Assembly: GCF_035594765.1 (NCBI RefSeq)
Contig: NC_085843.1
Span: 243,637,971-243,701,970, forward strand
From: Anolis carolinensis
Taxonomy: Eukaryota
Reading direction: 5' to 3'
Length of the DNA: 64,000 nt
Below, in pieces: positions 62,007 through 64,000 of the stretch. Under the pieces are notes generated by a model. The model was not told the DNA's origin. It saw nothing but the letters and a program-made list of their open reading frames with translations, and made no database searches. Position 1 is the stretch's first letter, and each line of letters starts with the position of its first letter. The position numbers and the translations under genes are program-made.

Positions 62007-64000
62007 TAGTTCCTTGGTTAAATTCAGAAGCCTAATCAATTTACTTAGAAGTGCATATACATTTATGAAAATGAACACAAAAGATACGTAGAATATCTTA
62101 CAATGGTGGCTGTCAGTTTCCATCTCCCTCCACATGTTTTCTCTCATCTACCAATATTCCTAACTCCTTTCTTCTGAGACGTCCGATAAGGAGCTTTTTG
62201 AAAAGGCATTTAGCTATCTCAATTCTATTCAGCAGAAAGATGGCTCATGTGTTCATCAATTGTAAACCTTTCTCAAAAACATAGAAGGGCTCACATATTT
62301 CTGCCATAATGCTGGGGCATTAATCTATTTCAAACATAAGATGTCAAACTTAGTAGACTGGATTATATGGCAATGTAGACCCAGCCCTAGTTCAGCTACC
62401 TTGGATTAGGAAACATTCAGCTACTTTTGGGTTGAGTGGGGCCTAAACATATGTTTGTGTGCACAAAGATATCAGTGTTAAGAATGCATCCAAAATTTTG
62501 TTGCAAATTCCACTACTGAATGAATACTGGCTGCCCTCATTTAAAAGCCATGCAATTGAAGCATTTTTATTCATTTAAATGCCCTATAGCAATTTGCTTT
62601 TAAATTTCAGCAGGAAGTAGAGAAACCCCAATTTAAAGCATGCAAATGATTGCTTGGAAAGGTTCTCATCTTATTTTAAATTTTGGGTTTCTGGTGTTGA
62701 CCATTAGACCTGGTCAAGTTGCTCACTTTGAAGAATTTACCTTCGGGAACCAATAGGTCTTATAACAGTCCTAATGCAACATCCATTAATTTCAAAGGTT
62801 CTCTCCATTAAAATAGTTAACTAAAGTCCCATTGATTTCAGTGAGTTTGCTTCCGAAATGGGAACATTTGGATCTAATCCATAATCATGAAACTTATTAA
62901 GGCAGGACATGGGAATACAAGCCACTCCAAATGTTGGATTGCAGTTTCCAGGAGTTACAGCCCCATAACAGTCCCCACTCTTGAATTAAGGGCTTATTTA
63001 TACCACCAGGATCATACAGTTGTCAATTCAGCATACTAATTATGAAAATAACCTCCACTGAAACAGAGATGAGTCAGATGATGATTTGAGGGCATTTTTC
63101 TTCTCTTTCAAATCTCCTTGGTCTTTGCAAAACCAGAACCAATGAATTACGTGGATTCATGCCCTGCCAGGGCAAAGGGCCACATATGCAAGAGTATGTG
63201 AAAAACAGGATGAGGTAGGATGTCATTTTAATAAACCCAGATAGTGATTGCAGAGGCTAATGCAACAGAACAAGCACACCCCTTTGGTGTTGTGCCTTCG
63301 TAACTATAAACACAGACAGTTCAAGAAGGCTGTCACCAGTCATTATAGTGCAGTTATGAACTGTATTGAGAGATACTCTCAGCATTCCTTTGTGAACAGG
63401 GTAAAGGACAGAAAGGGAGAGATACTTTTTTGGTCAAATGCAACAATAATAGCAGCAGCAGCAGCAGCAACCTTTGTTGTGCATTCCACAATGTTGCGTG
63501 TGTATGGGCAACACACCTCCAGCCAACAGAACTAAGAAAGACACATATTCTGATTTGGGATATGAAATGGCCACAACTTGTTTACTGATTACAGGAGCAA
63601 GGGTTGGCAGCCATGCATGGGTCCTGGATCATGGATCGGGCAGCCCACTGCTGACGATACTGTTATCCATGCTGGGGTGCTACCAGAACCATACCGGGCC
63701 AAAGTTACCATCGCATCCCTGGTAACCACCGGATGCTTCCCCTCCTTCCAATAAGGGGGGAGTAACCAAGCCAGATCCAGGACCCATGCCACATGCCAAC
63801 CTTGAAGTTGTGACAAGCAACAACAAACTGGAACCGCAAACATAACATATATGCAGGGTGGGTGGGATGGAACAACAAAAGCAGGCATGGTGCCTGTGTC
63901 AGCCTTAAGTAGGCTCCTGGGCCTACTGGAGGTGGGCCCCGGCAAATCCGGAGGCATGCGGGGCCTGTTGCTGTTTGGCCGGCAGGCCAAGCAGCGAGAA

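Noticed and set aside
1-64000. Remaining 60-130 aa ORFs in the track, and an antisense orientation bias of LINEs
   Set aside because: The ORFs lack splice or homology support or derive from repeats; LINE orientations are mixed (RTE, Vingi and L2 antisense, BovB and Dong sense) with too few cases.
52656-64000. miR-149 (hosted by mammalian GPC1)
   Set aside because: It lies in intron 1 in mammals, outside this window, and I see no matching hairpin.

Overview
Vertebrate (squamate, most likely Anolis lizard, judged from Sauria-SINE, Anolis-type SINE2, Vingi and Penelope repeats) genomic DNA with two convergent genes. ANKMY1 (+ strand) has 14 phase-consistent coding exons from 540 to a stop at 36863 (ankyrin repeats plus a MYND finger; 5' exons lie upstream of the window). 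Two of them are small exons missing from the ORF track (58 nt at 27529, 51 nt at 33644). GPC1 (glypican-1, - strand) has exons 4-9 at 52655 to 43781; exons 1-3 lie beyond the window. Introns are dense in mobile DNA: RTE, BovB, Vingi, R4/Dong, L2 and CR1 LINE pieces, three SINE families, hAT and Tc1/mariner MITEs with TSDs, a complete non-autonomous Helitron, palindromic Penelope-like elements with hammerhead cores, and three LTRs. The most unusual signals are: (1) a TSD-flanked solo LTR (26057-27160) whose 3' part holds a polarised tandem array of tRNA-Leu primer-binding-site copies; (2) an LTR with a 155-codon U3 reading frame carrying two helix-acidic-FxG[F/W] motifs; (3) several fold-back hairpins and a BovB/SINE chimera. 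Family names come from pattern recognition only; no database search was run.
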